A DNA stretch of 64,000 bases from Balanoglossus misakiensis (Eukaryota; Animalia; Hemichordata). The notes beneath the pieces are model-generated. The model searched no databases and was not told the DNA's origin. It saw only the letters and a list, made by a program, of their open reading frames with translations. Location: NCBI GenBank assembly GCA_040954595.2, contig CM082581.2:14313350-14377349 (forward strand), in the 5' to 3' direction. Positions 47,901-59,491 of this stretch are shown piece after piece. The position numbers were made by a program, and so were the translations under genes. The stretch's first letter is position 1, and every line of letters starts with the position of its first letter.

Positions 47901-50900
47901 TTGCCACCTCAAATGCTATGCGCACCTAACAAGAGAGACAGAAGATCTTTTTGTTCTTTATCTCTTTTCAGCAGCCGGCGTTCAGTTTCTACAGTCCAAA
48001 TAATGATAAATCTTAGCCCTTCCTCACTGTGCTGAACCTGCAGCATTCTTGCCGTTGGGAGCGCACTCACAAAATGGGCCCAGCATATCATTTGGGTCAC
48101 ATGTATACATTGAAAAACATTGTTAAAGTGGCACTTCCAATTTATGTACTGTTGGCATGTCTCGAGCCTCACCCTTATCTGCACTTTGCTTGAAGATCAA
48201 ATCTCCAGCTCCAGTACTGTTGGTCAACTGAGCTAAACAGAACAATCTCACATAAAACATATATTGTGCAACACACCAAAATGCTGACAGAATACAGGTT
48301 TTAAGTATAGTGCTGGAACAACCTTAGCTCCCATGTCATACAAGACTGTCAGTGTGTGCTAGATGTCATGAGCCAAAAACAACAGGTCTCGCTCAGGCTG
48401 GCTTTTGAAATGTCTTGTGAAGATGGAGTTCCTGACAGATGTTGTTATTCTGACCAGATCAGTACGTATACATAAATACGATACATACCTGATCCTCTGT
48501 GGTGTGGTGGTACTGTAGATAGCAATCAGAGGATGTTGTTACATTGACAAGCTGATAACTTCCATTGACTGTGGTATTCACTTCTGTTGTTGTTGGGTAA
48601 AGGTCCTGGCAAAAAGCAAGGTTAAAAACAGCATTAGTTTGAAATATCAAACGTGTAGTTGAACAACTTGACCTTTTAAATTGCTTTACTGCTGCACTTT
48701 GGCCACAGCAAGGTAAATCATGTTTACTGAATAAAACACAGATATGAACAATATACACAAACACAAAAAATCCACATAAAGGCTACAGTACTTGTCCTGT
48801 TCAAAAGTTTTCTTGTATTTGCTCTTTGCTGGAAGAGTCATTGTACCAGTTTATCATCTCAAAACTTACTGTAAATTCTTTCATATATTTACCTTTCCTG
48901 GGCGCAGATAGAAAGCAATTGTCAGGATAAGAAGGTAGAGGAGGAAGTAGGCCCATCTCCGGAAGAAACGTTTCTTTCCATAGTGTTTCCACTTCTCCTT
49001 GAGGATATTGACTATCAATCCATCCATCAGATCCAGGTGTTCTGGTCCATCCTAGAGTCCGGATTGAAGGAGTCAATATTAACCATTTCACTCCCAGTTC
49101 CCTCCAACCTTACCATAGATAACAATGGGTTTGGACTGAACCATGGTGGTAAAAGGGTTAAACAACCATACCCTAATGGATGCATTTAGTATTTGAACAG
49201 GATGCACTCCACTCACGAAAAAAAAAATCTCACCTGGTTCACGATAATATGCAAAGCTGACTTGTCATTGATGTTGCCCTTTATGTCAATGCTGTCCAGG
49301 CCACTCAAGGCATACGCTGCACACGTCACATTTCCATAGATCCAGTACACCTCTCTCTCCAGCGCCAGGATGTGATCAAACATCTCCTTCCTGGCTAACT
49401 TAGCAGCCAGGTTCAAAGGTGTTAGGCCCTGTCTGTTTTTAATGCTTGGCCGGGCTCCCATAGCATACGCCACATCATACATGTTCTGTAATGCAAAGAC
49501 ATAGAACTATAAAGTAGCACTGCCATTTTGTAAAATATTGTTCCAGGCACGGTTACTAGAAGAAGACGGTTAGGAAACTCTATTGTTCGGAAGGTGTGAA
49601 CGAGGTGTTAGCTAGGAGAGTACATGTCCGAACCGCTATGTGGGGTTGTATTGGGGAACGTGTTAATTTTTGAACCCCTTCATCTGCCCTTTTTCGTCAG
49701 AGTACAGCGCCACTTTTTTTTTGTACGAGTTCCATATAGGCTTATGGAGTGCACGGTCATAGTCTGTTGGGCTTGCGACACTCTACCATTGTTTCTTGGG
49801 TGGTTAACTAAAAGTCCGGACTCAAATAGCGTCGAATTTTGAACCCCTAGAATTCAACCCTGATGGTCGCATTTCTGTTTTTTTTAAATATATTTAGATA
49901 TTTTACACCTTTTTGTATTGCATGGGCTATTTCGTTTATTCCAATTGGAATATTTCGTTGAGATTGCATACCCATTTCGATACAGTCGTTAACATTATCG
50001 ATATAGCCTTTGGCGGCCATCTTGTTTGTTTTGGTTCGCATCGAATCTCTAGGGCACAGTCAAGACAAAGAATGTATGGCTTCATCATGTCCTTGAAAGT
50101 TCAAAATTGTCATAAATGTGCTGTGACTTTATAAATTATCCACTCTCTGTTCTGTTTTCCTCAAATCTGGTGGTATACGTACTGTGCGTGCAAGCAATTC
50201 CGTAAACATGAGTATGGTTTGCTTTGGATTGTAGGGGTAATGACGTCATTTTGACCGAGCGGTCAGTTATTCTGTCTGTTTATTCGTATGGCCAGGCTCG
50301 TTAGCACCTGATATCTTTCGTTTACACTAAGTGTTTACCGAGGCGAGCATCTAACAATGGAGAAAAAATAGTTTCCTAACCGTCTTCTTCTAGTAACCGT
50401 GTTCCAGGTGTGTAACCCCTTCACCCTGTTGCCCTCTTTGGAGATCCAAATTTACCACACAAAAAAACATTAGATTTGGAGCAAACCATGGTGGTGGAAG
50501 GGAATATATCTTACCTTTTTATTGTGTATGACCATCATGTGTAGTACAGTGTTTCCATTCATATCCTGCTCGTTTATTGGGTTACGCGCTGAATCTTTCA
50601 GCTTCTCGGCCAGAAATTTAAGACTTTCCTCTTGTTCAAGACAGGCTGCAAAGGACAGTGGGTACTCTCCCCAGTACGTCAATCTTAGAAAATAGAACAT
50701 GACATTTATCTGAGAAATACAGCTATGGTAGTATTGGAAAAAGTGTATGTCTGTTAAATAAATTTCCTCCTGTGTGTTAAAGCTGATTTTTTAAGGACAT
50801 TATTTTTCTGTTCCAACTGTTAACTAACCCTTCATAATTTGTCTCCTCCGACACTTCACTCCATTCACTGCGAGCACTTTCCCGTCGTGTGCTCTTCTGG

Positions 50901-52685
50901 TCCTCTGGAGTGAAGAAATTGCCACAGCATCTTTCTGTCAGCGAAGCGCCTTTCTCCACCAGAAATTTCACCATCTCTGTGTCTTCATTGACTAAGGCCA
51001 TGTGGAGTGGAGATTCACCTGCAAGTAAATCGGTACGAGGCCATGAGACAGACAACCTCAACATGTGAAATTTTGCCAAAATGCGGGTTGTGTATACATG
51101 CACTGAAACAAATTCCCACAAAACTTACCGTAATATTCTTCTCCGATGTAAATATCATGCACCAGGTTAGGGAATGCTTCAACCAGTTTTTTGGCGAGTT
51201 CATTGTGAACTTTTGTATTCTTGAGTAGACAGATGTGAAGGATTGTTTCGCCTACCGTTCCCCGTTTGTCAATGTCCCAACACACAAACCTGGTCCCGTA
51301 ATCTGTATACCAAAAAGGGGAGGTCAGGGGGATTAGATTCAAGAAGGTTATGGATTCAATTAATTCTTATTATAGTATGGCAAAGAACATTCTAAATGTG
51401 ACATTTCATGGACAAAATGGAAAGAAGCAATGGAATTAACCATGGAGTAAAGTACTAACTGAATCTGATATTCATTTTTATCATAGTTATGTTACATAGA
51501 GATGTATATCTAGATCTGATATCTACACTATAGTTAATTTAATTCAAATGCAGTTGATATGTAAAACAAATATGCTAATAGAGCTTAACACCAAATAGAG
51601 CTTTGACATCTTTTACAAGTAATTCACAAAGTAGAGAAATATTGAAATGTACGTTCTATAACCAGTTTCATGTTTTGAGTAAACAAAGTTTAAGTAGTCA
51701 TTTTAGATGATGATTTACCCCAGCAATGACAGTCCCTAGATGGATGGCTATCTATCACCATTAATGAAGTTAGTCATTTTTCTGTGTTTTCTCTCATTTT
51801 GCCGAATGAGAATCCTCATAATTGTATGTTTTCGTTTTCATACTGCAGTCACTGACAGAAGAGTGTCATTTTCAGCCTCATGTTTTTCCACCAGCATGTA
51901 TCCAAATTTACTTATTGTATCATGTTTCAATATATGTACTTGTGTATACATGTATACATATTTGAGAATCCTATATAACTTTATGAAAAGGTCTCATTTT
52001 GGCATTTTTGGAAAAAGGTTTTTCCATCAGAATTGGAGGAAAGAATTTAACCAAAATAAATGTGGTCTTTCCTTCAATTCACGAGAAAAACACCTTCTTA
52101 TTACAGAATACATGTACATAAAATGGAGACCTCTTTATCAAAAAAAATCTGTCTTTTGGCGGAAACGTGGTCTAGAAATAATAGCCTTTGTCAATGACTC
52201 CAATACGAAAACGAAAGTGAATACACAACGCCCCCAATCATGAACATGGCCGAAATAACAACCACTTTGCCAGTGAAATGACAGAGTACGATTACCACAT
52301 TATCTCCGGGACTGACACTGCCGGGTGTTTAGAAACCTTATATACCTCGCCGCTCATTACAATCGGATTCATAACCTTTGTTATCAAACGACATGGTATT
52401 GCTGACTTTCGAATTCCGTGCTGGTGGTTTCTTTTCATTTTGGTCCATATTCTTCAGTCGTTCTTTTGCTCTCCGTTCTACCAGCTTTGAAACCGATATT
52501 TCCTTCCCGTTGCCGCCATTATATAAAAACTTGGGTACTTCGGTTTGAATTTTCGCGTCGAGTTCGTCATATTTTCCCTCGTTGACTAAGTTGACAAGAT
52601 CGCCACCGCCTTTGAGATTGACAAAGCTGTAAACGTCGATGTCGGGCTCTGGTTCCGTGACGCTTTCTGCTCCTACTTCAAGCAT
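44991..52685 (-). CDS. nan: TRPV cation channel, Nanchung/OCR subfamily (about 761 aa, 14 coding exons)
   Basis: Exons 52685-52346, 51302-51129, 51018-50829, 50683-50515, 49485-49234, 49051-48893, 48605-48489, 47925-47815, 46985-46834, 46632-46523, 46191-46046, 45879-45763, 45459-45331, 45110-44991. [29 protein letters not shown], ankyrin repeats, [31 protein letters not shown], pore [29 protein letters not shown] box WLRQWAKIVL. Terminal exon uncertain. Confidence 0.93.
47460..47523. repeat. 32-bp tandem duplication
   Basis: GTTGTCATGGCTACCTCTTCCTACTAACC(T/A)TG occurs twice. Confidence 0.9.
49079..49161 (-). mobile_element. TTAA MITE copy (internally deleted), TRPV intron
   Basis: TTAA-CCATTTCAC...TTACCATAGATAACAATGGGTTTGGAC...GGTAAAAGGG-TTAA. 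Confidence 0.8.
49548..50401. mobile_element. 854-bp non-autonomous DNA transposon, 32-bp perfect TIR, 7-bp TSD (P-superfamily-like)
   Basis: TIR CACGGTTACTAGAAGAAGACGGTTAGGAAACT at 49548-49579 and reverse complement at 50370-50401; TSD TTCCAGG at 49541-49547 and 50402-50408. No transposase ORF seen. Confidence 0.92.
50416..50502 (-). mobile_element. TTAA MITE copy (diverged), TRPV intron
   Basis: CCCCTTCACCC...TCCAAATTTACCA...TTTGGAGCAAACCATGGTGGTGGAAGGG. Confidence 0.75.
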
Positions 52686-53041
52686 AATTAGAGGTCGTTT
52701 GTGGGCCGCTCATAAAACACGCAACGATCAGTGCATAAACAATGATCTAGATACTAGAGTACCTCTCCATTTGGTCAGTCCAAGCTCATGTGCGTCGCCA
52801 TCTTGACATCAACTGATCAGATCAATGATTTGTTGTCAGTTGTAGTCTCGGTTACCCAGCCCATCTACTTCCGGTTTCGTCTTTCCGCCAAACTGTAGGG
52901 AGTGCGTCTGGCGAGGGCTGGAGACCAGAGAAGGGATATGGGGGGGGGGCTCGAAAATCCCGCGCATGTAATTACTAGTATATTAGAAATTGGATCCGAT
53001 CTTGAACAATATACTGAGGTGGAAAATTGTCACAATTAATT

Positions 53042-53054
53042 GTTGCCTAGCAAC
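53042..53054. promoter_or_regulatory. RFX X-box in the divergent TRPV / FAM166-like promoter
   Basis: GTTGCCTAGCAAC matches the RFX consensus. Nearby are YY1-like CGCCATCTTG (52796-52805) and ETS-type ACTTCCGG (about 52867). Confidence 0.7.
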
Positions 53055-54002
53055 CATAATAAAAACTACCACAGGGAATATACATGTATGCATACTACGT
53101 AGTACACTGTCCGTGTAGCAAGTTTCGATGGAATTCAAAAGGCACCATTTATGGATGAAAAATCGTTACAAAGTGTCGACTCCCAGTAATGGTGATATTC
53201 ATGTAATTTGTTGCAAATGTCGCTCCATAAGGCTACACGATATAGATAAACATAGGCTAGGCCTACATGTGTCGAGATATCGTCAAAGATCACTGTACCT
53301 AAAATGTTGATCTCTTGACCCAGTAGGTCTTACTAGTAATAAGGGCTAGTAATAAAGACTGTTCCTTTTTTTCTTTTCTTTTTCAATATGAAGCAGTTTT
53401 TGACGTAAGGCCTACAATGAAACTGCGAATCGAATTAAAACTGAGCTCTCACTATTCTAGAATCGTGTCAGTGCTCAGCATGCTGTCCATGTTAGAATAT
53501 ATTCACTGCAGGTCATATTGTATTTGAGGAGAACTCGGTTGTATCCACAGATTCTGATTTCGCACTGATTCAACTTGTAAATGCCAGTGTGGATGTGGTT
53601 GTGTCTGTGAATACAGCACTGAAATTTAATCAATTTTACATGTCGTTTGTAAAAGTGTTATTTCATGCCGATCAGGACCTGATGCGGGCACGCATGAAAT
53701 ATCTGGATGTGATTCTTGCCTAATAAATAGGTGTGTATATTGCAGGTAAGTGATTAGCACGCGTCTGTGCGTTTATTAGATGCCGCCACGCCTATCAGCG
53801 TATAATTGATCAGTGAGCTTATGAATAATTCATGTCGGGGGTTGCTAACAACGTGACCCTGACAACCACCTTCCTAGAGTAAGACGAGCTCGCGTTGGCA
53901 AGTGCTACGAAAACACTTGTTCAACACATGATCCCCTGCGATTAGATTTTCGTCTAAGCCACCGCATTTCGTGGGGATTTGATAATTCGAAGTCTTTCCA
54001 AG

Positions 54003-57000
54003 ATGATGAACACAGACCTACCCAATTCCACAACGTGGAACGTGAACAGGCGGCGCGATTTCTGCCAACTAAAATCGGGAACGCAAGTACCCGGGTAAGT
54101 GGCGTAATGGTTGGGAACGAGCGCGCAGAAATGAACTGTGACAGAAGCTTCCGTGTTGTGACAGCCGTGACTTCGAAATAACCGTGTAAGAGACCATTAT
54201 TCATTTCACCTTGTGTGTACGTTGTTTGCAGATATCGGGGATACATAGAACAATACAAGTATCATGTTGGCGACACGTATGGTAACGCAACACACAGACT
54301 GTCAGATGTGAGTATTAGTATTATGTCATTCTTCTCAACACACGATCGACCGATATATTCCACGCCCACGTCCAGTCTACTTTGCGACAGTCAGGCTTTT
54401 ACTGAAAAATTACAAATTTCGGTCAATCGGATTTAGAGTAGACGTGAATTCGAGCCAGGTAAATGGGGGCTATAGGCCTACATTGAACCATCTCATCGCA
54501 TCTCAAGGATATGGGGTGATGGCATCTGCACGTTGGTTATTGGTTATGGACGTCAACAATCGCTTATCTAAGCTCACTCAGGGAGTTATTGCCATATTAA
54601 TCCGTGGAATTAGCGTCAAGGATAACCAACGAGTTTACTGAATAAATTAATAACAGAAGTAGACGAGGTGATTTAGTCTCAGATTCCTACAGCGCGACCA
54701 TGATTACAGATTATAAGTTGACACGTTCTTGTTGTTTGTGTCAAAGTAACCATGCATGAAGAACTTGGATAGAAATTAGGTTATTTGTAACAAGATATCA
54801 CATTGTAGCAAACACTTAGAATAATAGACGTTGCAAGTCAAGATGCTATTTTGTTACTGTAGTGATAGTTCATAGCCAAAGTTGATAGATTCAACGTCGT
54901 TAATGTTCAATTTATGCCCATTGCATGTCCAGATGGCAAACTGTATTGTTTGGCATTGCCCCGTTGTGTTTATCGAGGGATTAACGAAGCTGTCGCGTTG
55001 TCGCCCGCACGCCACTTTTTTGTATGTTTTGGGTGTCGCCCAGCCAGACTGCAGCGATTTTATCAAATCTGCCTTTAATCCATTTGATGATAATAAACGT
55101 TATATCGGTGTCATCTTTGGGGTTAAAGTCAAAAGGAATTCCTAAATGCAACGTCAAGAATTGTGTCGACCGAAGCCCTATAAATTCAATGCAGAGCAGG
55201 CTGTGCTATAAACAATGCCAGGGTTCAGTAAACTGTGAACCGGCCATAGACTTGTTTGTTTGCATGCTAAAAACATGAGGCCAACAGTGAGCATCCATGG
55301 TGTGAGTGTTTTAATAACACACTCAAGGCAACACACTCATTACCATGATTACACAAATGACAAATGAACTACAACCACTTCCTGTGCCCAATACCTTATA
55401 TGGGCATGTGTCAATATGACAGCCAATGATCAGCTTGATTGCATCAATATAGAACTCTGATATAATATTTGCATTATTGTGTGGCAGTCTTGACAACTGA
55501 CTAAATTCTCTAAATTGGTTTACATTCTAAAATTTATATTTTTTTTAATCAAAATTGTTCAAAATTTGAAAGACTAAATTATTTCCAAAGTCATAATTTA
55601 CAATAATTTATATAGTGATATTTCTATATAATTTGATATATTTGTGAATTTGATTTTTTCCCACAGAAGCCTGGCAGGAAGAGTCAACCAATTAGTTCTG
55701 CCTGGCCCCATAATTACTTTGAAACCAATACTAAGTATGTAGGTACAGGGTTGACCAGTTCTGAGCTGCCATCAAAGCTACCCAGGCACAGTTTACCCAA
55801 AGCAACTGGTGATAATAAACTTACAGAAAGTATGGTACCTGGATACACAGGTGAGTGTTCCCCTTTTACCACTATTTTGGTACAGTCCCATTGTTTTCCA
55901 TGGTTGGACCACAGTCATGAACAGGGAAGGAGGGGGGGGGGATTGAAATGTATGTGTTGATAAGATTAATTTACTCATACAAAGTTTTTATAGTGTAAAT
56001 ATTTGACAGCTATATGCATTGTGCTTTGTCATAAAAACAAAGGGCGGTTTGTACATGTACTATTTTAATTATCTGGTGATATTGATTTCTGATCGTCACT
56101 GTTTCCATGGGTTCACAGGGGCTGTTACAGTTGTTTTGAGTTCAATTGTTCACATTGATGTATAATTGCATAATAGGGTTTGGAATATGTAGAACATTGG
56201 TCACACAGGAAAACAAATTCACATTCGGTAATGTTTAGTCAGCTGTGGGTCATTGCTGAAATATCACTCTTTATGGTTTATGCTGCTGTTATGTCTAATG
56301 ATCTTATGATATTTTAGTTTTTTTTAGTATTGCGTGTAGTTTACATACAATGGAAGGTGTGCCTTGGGTAATTGGCCAGACTATACGGGCAAATATGTTT
56401 TACTGCTGTCTGTGGGAGGGTCATGACCTCTGTTGTTATGGCAACAGGTGAAGCCATCGATTTCTAGGTCAATGTAGTTCTTTGTGTATATGAAAGCAAA
56501 TATTTACTGAACTGTTTATTGTCCTCTCACTCAGACAGAGAGAAAAAATCAATGAGAAATTGATTGTTTGGCTTTTGTTTTTCCAATTTGTGTGTTTGCT
56601 CGTGGACTCCATTGTTGCAATGTTGTTGTGTTGAGAGTCTAAAATGGACAGTCATGTCATGGTACCACAGGCATCCATAGGACAAGCAACAAAAGTACAA
56701 GCATTGATGTTTGATGGTGGCCAGTGTTTTCTTTGTAAACCACAAAAATACACCTGGCATGCATTTTGTTGATTTTGCTTCAGGCTGTGTCGTCAGGGAG
56801 AATGTACACAGTTCCATGAGTGACTGCAAACATGTATGTGGTTGCTAATTGTCTGCATATATAAACACACTATTGGTTTACCATGGAGTCTACACACATT
56901 GGGTGTATAGAATGTGATTTCCTGTTGGTAAAGGTGCATGCTGGCTGTTACCATTTTCATAGCCATGTAAGAAAGAAAAAATATTTAGTTTATTAACTTT

Positions 57001-59491
57001 AATCATTGAACTAACATTGTTCTCTCATGGAGCTATAAAACACTCCACATTGTCTCAGTTGTCAACTGTGTTGTCACGGTTACTATGACCAAGCTGTTGA
57101 AGAATTTGAAAATTGGCATTTCTAATCGAGGGTTGCATAGCAACAGGGTGTGATTTGTGTAAATTTGGGTGTAATTAGTTTATTTGGACATTTGCACTGA
57201 GACTGTTATTATCACACAGACCTATGTTGGCTGTAGAGTTTAGAAGATTGCTGGTAAAATAAATAATCCTGAAGTAAATTTAATCATGTTGAAAACATTG
57301 CTACTTTTCCAGAAACACCATATGAAAAGAAATATATACACATAATGTGAGGAAATCAGTGGAACTTGACTTTGGAAACCGAAATATTTTGCGCTCATCA
57401 AATGACATTGTAATTGACTTTGTGAGTGTTGTTTCAACAGTGGTGAAGGACTTTGAATGTATTGATAAAGAGATAGTGTAACAATGCTTTGGCAATGACC
57501 TTGCACATTTGCAATGTCAAGAATGTCCAGAAATGACAGGGCATGATTGCTGCTAAACAGACAAGGTTTTAGAAAAATAAAAATGACTGTCACATCTTTC
57601 CATGTTCTGCCACAGCAAAGGTTGTCAAGATGAAAAGTACACAGTTGACTGAATTTTGTTAAAAATACCAACCAAAAGCTACAATTGGCAGCCATTTTGA
57701 ATTTTAGATATTACGTGACTTACAACATTATGCATGACTTCAAACATCTAGATTTTATGGTTGCTAAAATATCCTGTAATTACTTTGTAACATGAACAGT
57801 AACCTGTACATTTTTTCTCCTTCACAATATGAACATTTTCTTTATTCTGTTCCTTTTTTCGCAGGATACATTCCCAGAATGCCTTTCAAGTTTGGCGGTA
57901 CCTACAAGGAGGATTGTGATGTGTGCATTGACGATTTCCTAAATAACACAAAACAACACGATGGTAAAATTACAAATCTTAAGCAAACGACCAGCGGACA
58001 TCCAACTCTGAAGGTTGTCAACAAAAATGATGCCTCAGTCATCAAGCAATTAAATCACTACCGTGACAGAAATCCAACGGCTCCAATTCTTCTAGGTATG
58101 TTCAATCAGAATCCAGATGGAAAGTTTCAATTTATAACACAATCACATTAAAAAAATTTATTGCCTTTTTATTATTTTGACTAAATATGATCAGAAAAGT
58201 ATCAGATATCCATTTTGATGATAAAACACGTGCGTTTTCTCCATACATCATTTGAAGGCCTATTATAGAATGGAGAATCGTCTTCATGTTTCAGTTTTTC
58301 AAAGCATACTGTAATATCTTTTGATGAAGTTTAATTTCTGGATGCATTTTACATCTAATGAAGCTAATTTCTTGATTACTTCTGTCACATTTGTACTATA
58401 GAGAGTAGGCGACCTTCGACAGAGGCTCCCATGCCCGGTTACAGGGGTTTTATACCCAGGGCAGGTGTTACTGAACTTGGGCTTGGCAGTCGTTACCACA
58501 CTGTTTGCAAAGATTCTCTTGAAGTATTCGACCATGAGACAAAGAGACACTCATCCAAGATTGGACAGCGAGTAGTGCCCCCACAGTAAGTCAAAATCAT
58601 GTTATTGTGTTTGTTTGTGTGTATTTTGTGAGAATGACAAGTTGCAAGGACAAATAATGCAAGCATTCTTTGGAAAATTTATGAGTAATCAGTAGGAATG
58701 TATAGTCATTGGTATTGGAAATTCTTCTTCCAACTGGGAGTACACACAAGATGTGAAATTAGACTGAAATAGAATTAATTAATTAAACCACGGTTACTAG
58801 ATTAAACACAACCGGAAAATAAGTCTTATGAAGTTACATTTTGTAGTTATAAATTATTAGTTCAGTGAATGGATTTCGAATCTGGATGATAGAATTCCCG
58901 AGTAGTGTCACAGCTGCTACTTCAGAGGTATTTTCATGTCTGTTATTTGTTTTAATAACTTTATTGAAATTCCTGCCTTGACAGGAGAGCGGAAGATACT
59001 AAGGGAGTGACTGGCGTGGAAATACCTCACCAACATCCCGACTCAACCAGTCGTAGAATTTACAAACAGATGGGTATGGTACCAAAATACACAGGCTATC
59101 TTCCACGTGAGTAGATTTTTTATATTCAGAATTTTTTGTAGCGTTTTCAATTGGAATTTATAATCTATACGAAAGAGAATCGTTATTTCCAATCACCACT
59201 GATTTGAATGTTTGCTTACAATGGGAACTACAGATAACTGTCACCCAACAATAAATGCATCAAGTGAGATTTTTTTTACAGATTTATGGTTTCAAACTGT
59301 AAACACTTGCTTTTTATTTCAAATTATGTCTAATTATCCTTGTTGTCATCTTTACAGAAATGCGCTACCGATTTGGCAACACGTACGCTGACACTTCACG
59401 CTCTCTGCCAGTCTGTTACCATGACGAGAGATCGTATGGTGAATACGTGTCCAAACATGGAACCCCTGTGGCAGTCCAATCGGCTTTTTAA
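54003..59491 (+). CDS. PYG-repeat ciliary microtubule inner protein, FAM166/CIMIP2 - SPMIP5(C10orf82) type (about 340 aa, 7 coding exons)
   Basis: Exons 54003-54094, 54232-54307, 55667-55850, 57865-58095, 58402-58585, 58985-59106, 59358-59491. Four repeats: VPGYRGYIEQYKYHVGDTYG, MVPGYTGYIPRMPFKFGGTY, MPGYRGFIPRA, MVPKYTGYLPQMRYRFGNTY. Confidence 0.88.
55860..55945 (+). mobile_element. Degenerate TTAA MITE copy
   Basis: CCCTTTTACCAC...CCCATTGTTTTCCATGGTTGGACC...AGGGAA. Confidence 0.6.
58782..58807. mobile_element. Second probable excision footprint: ATTAAAC + CACGGTTACTAG + ATTAAAC
   Basis: Exact 7-bp direct repeats (58782-58788, 58801-58807) flank the first 12 nt of the TIR of the element at 49548. 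Confidence 0.78.

Noticed and set aside
51740-52243. 167-aa plus-strand ORF inside TRPV intron 1
   Set aside because: F/I/K-rich translation typical of AT-rich non-coding DNA; antisense to an intron.
57075-57087. CACGGTTACTA match to the P-like TIR as a third footprint
   Set aside because: No flanking 7-bp direct repeat; more likely chance or an RFX-like half site.
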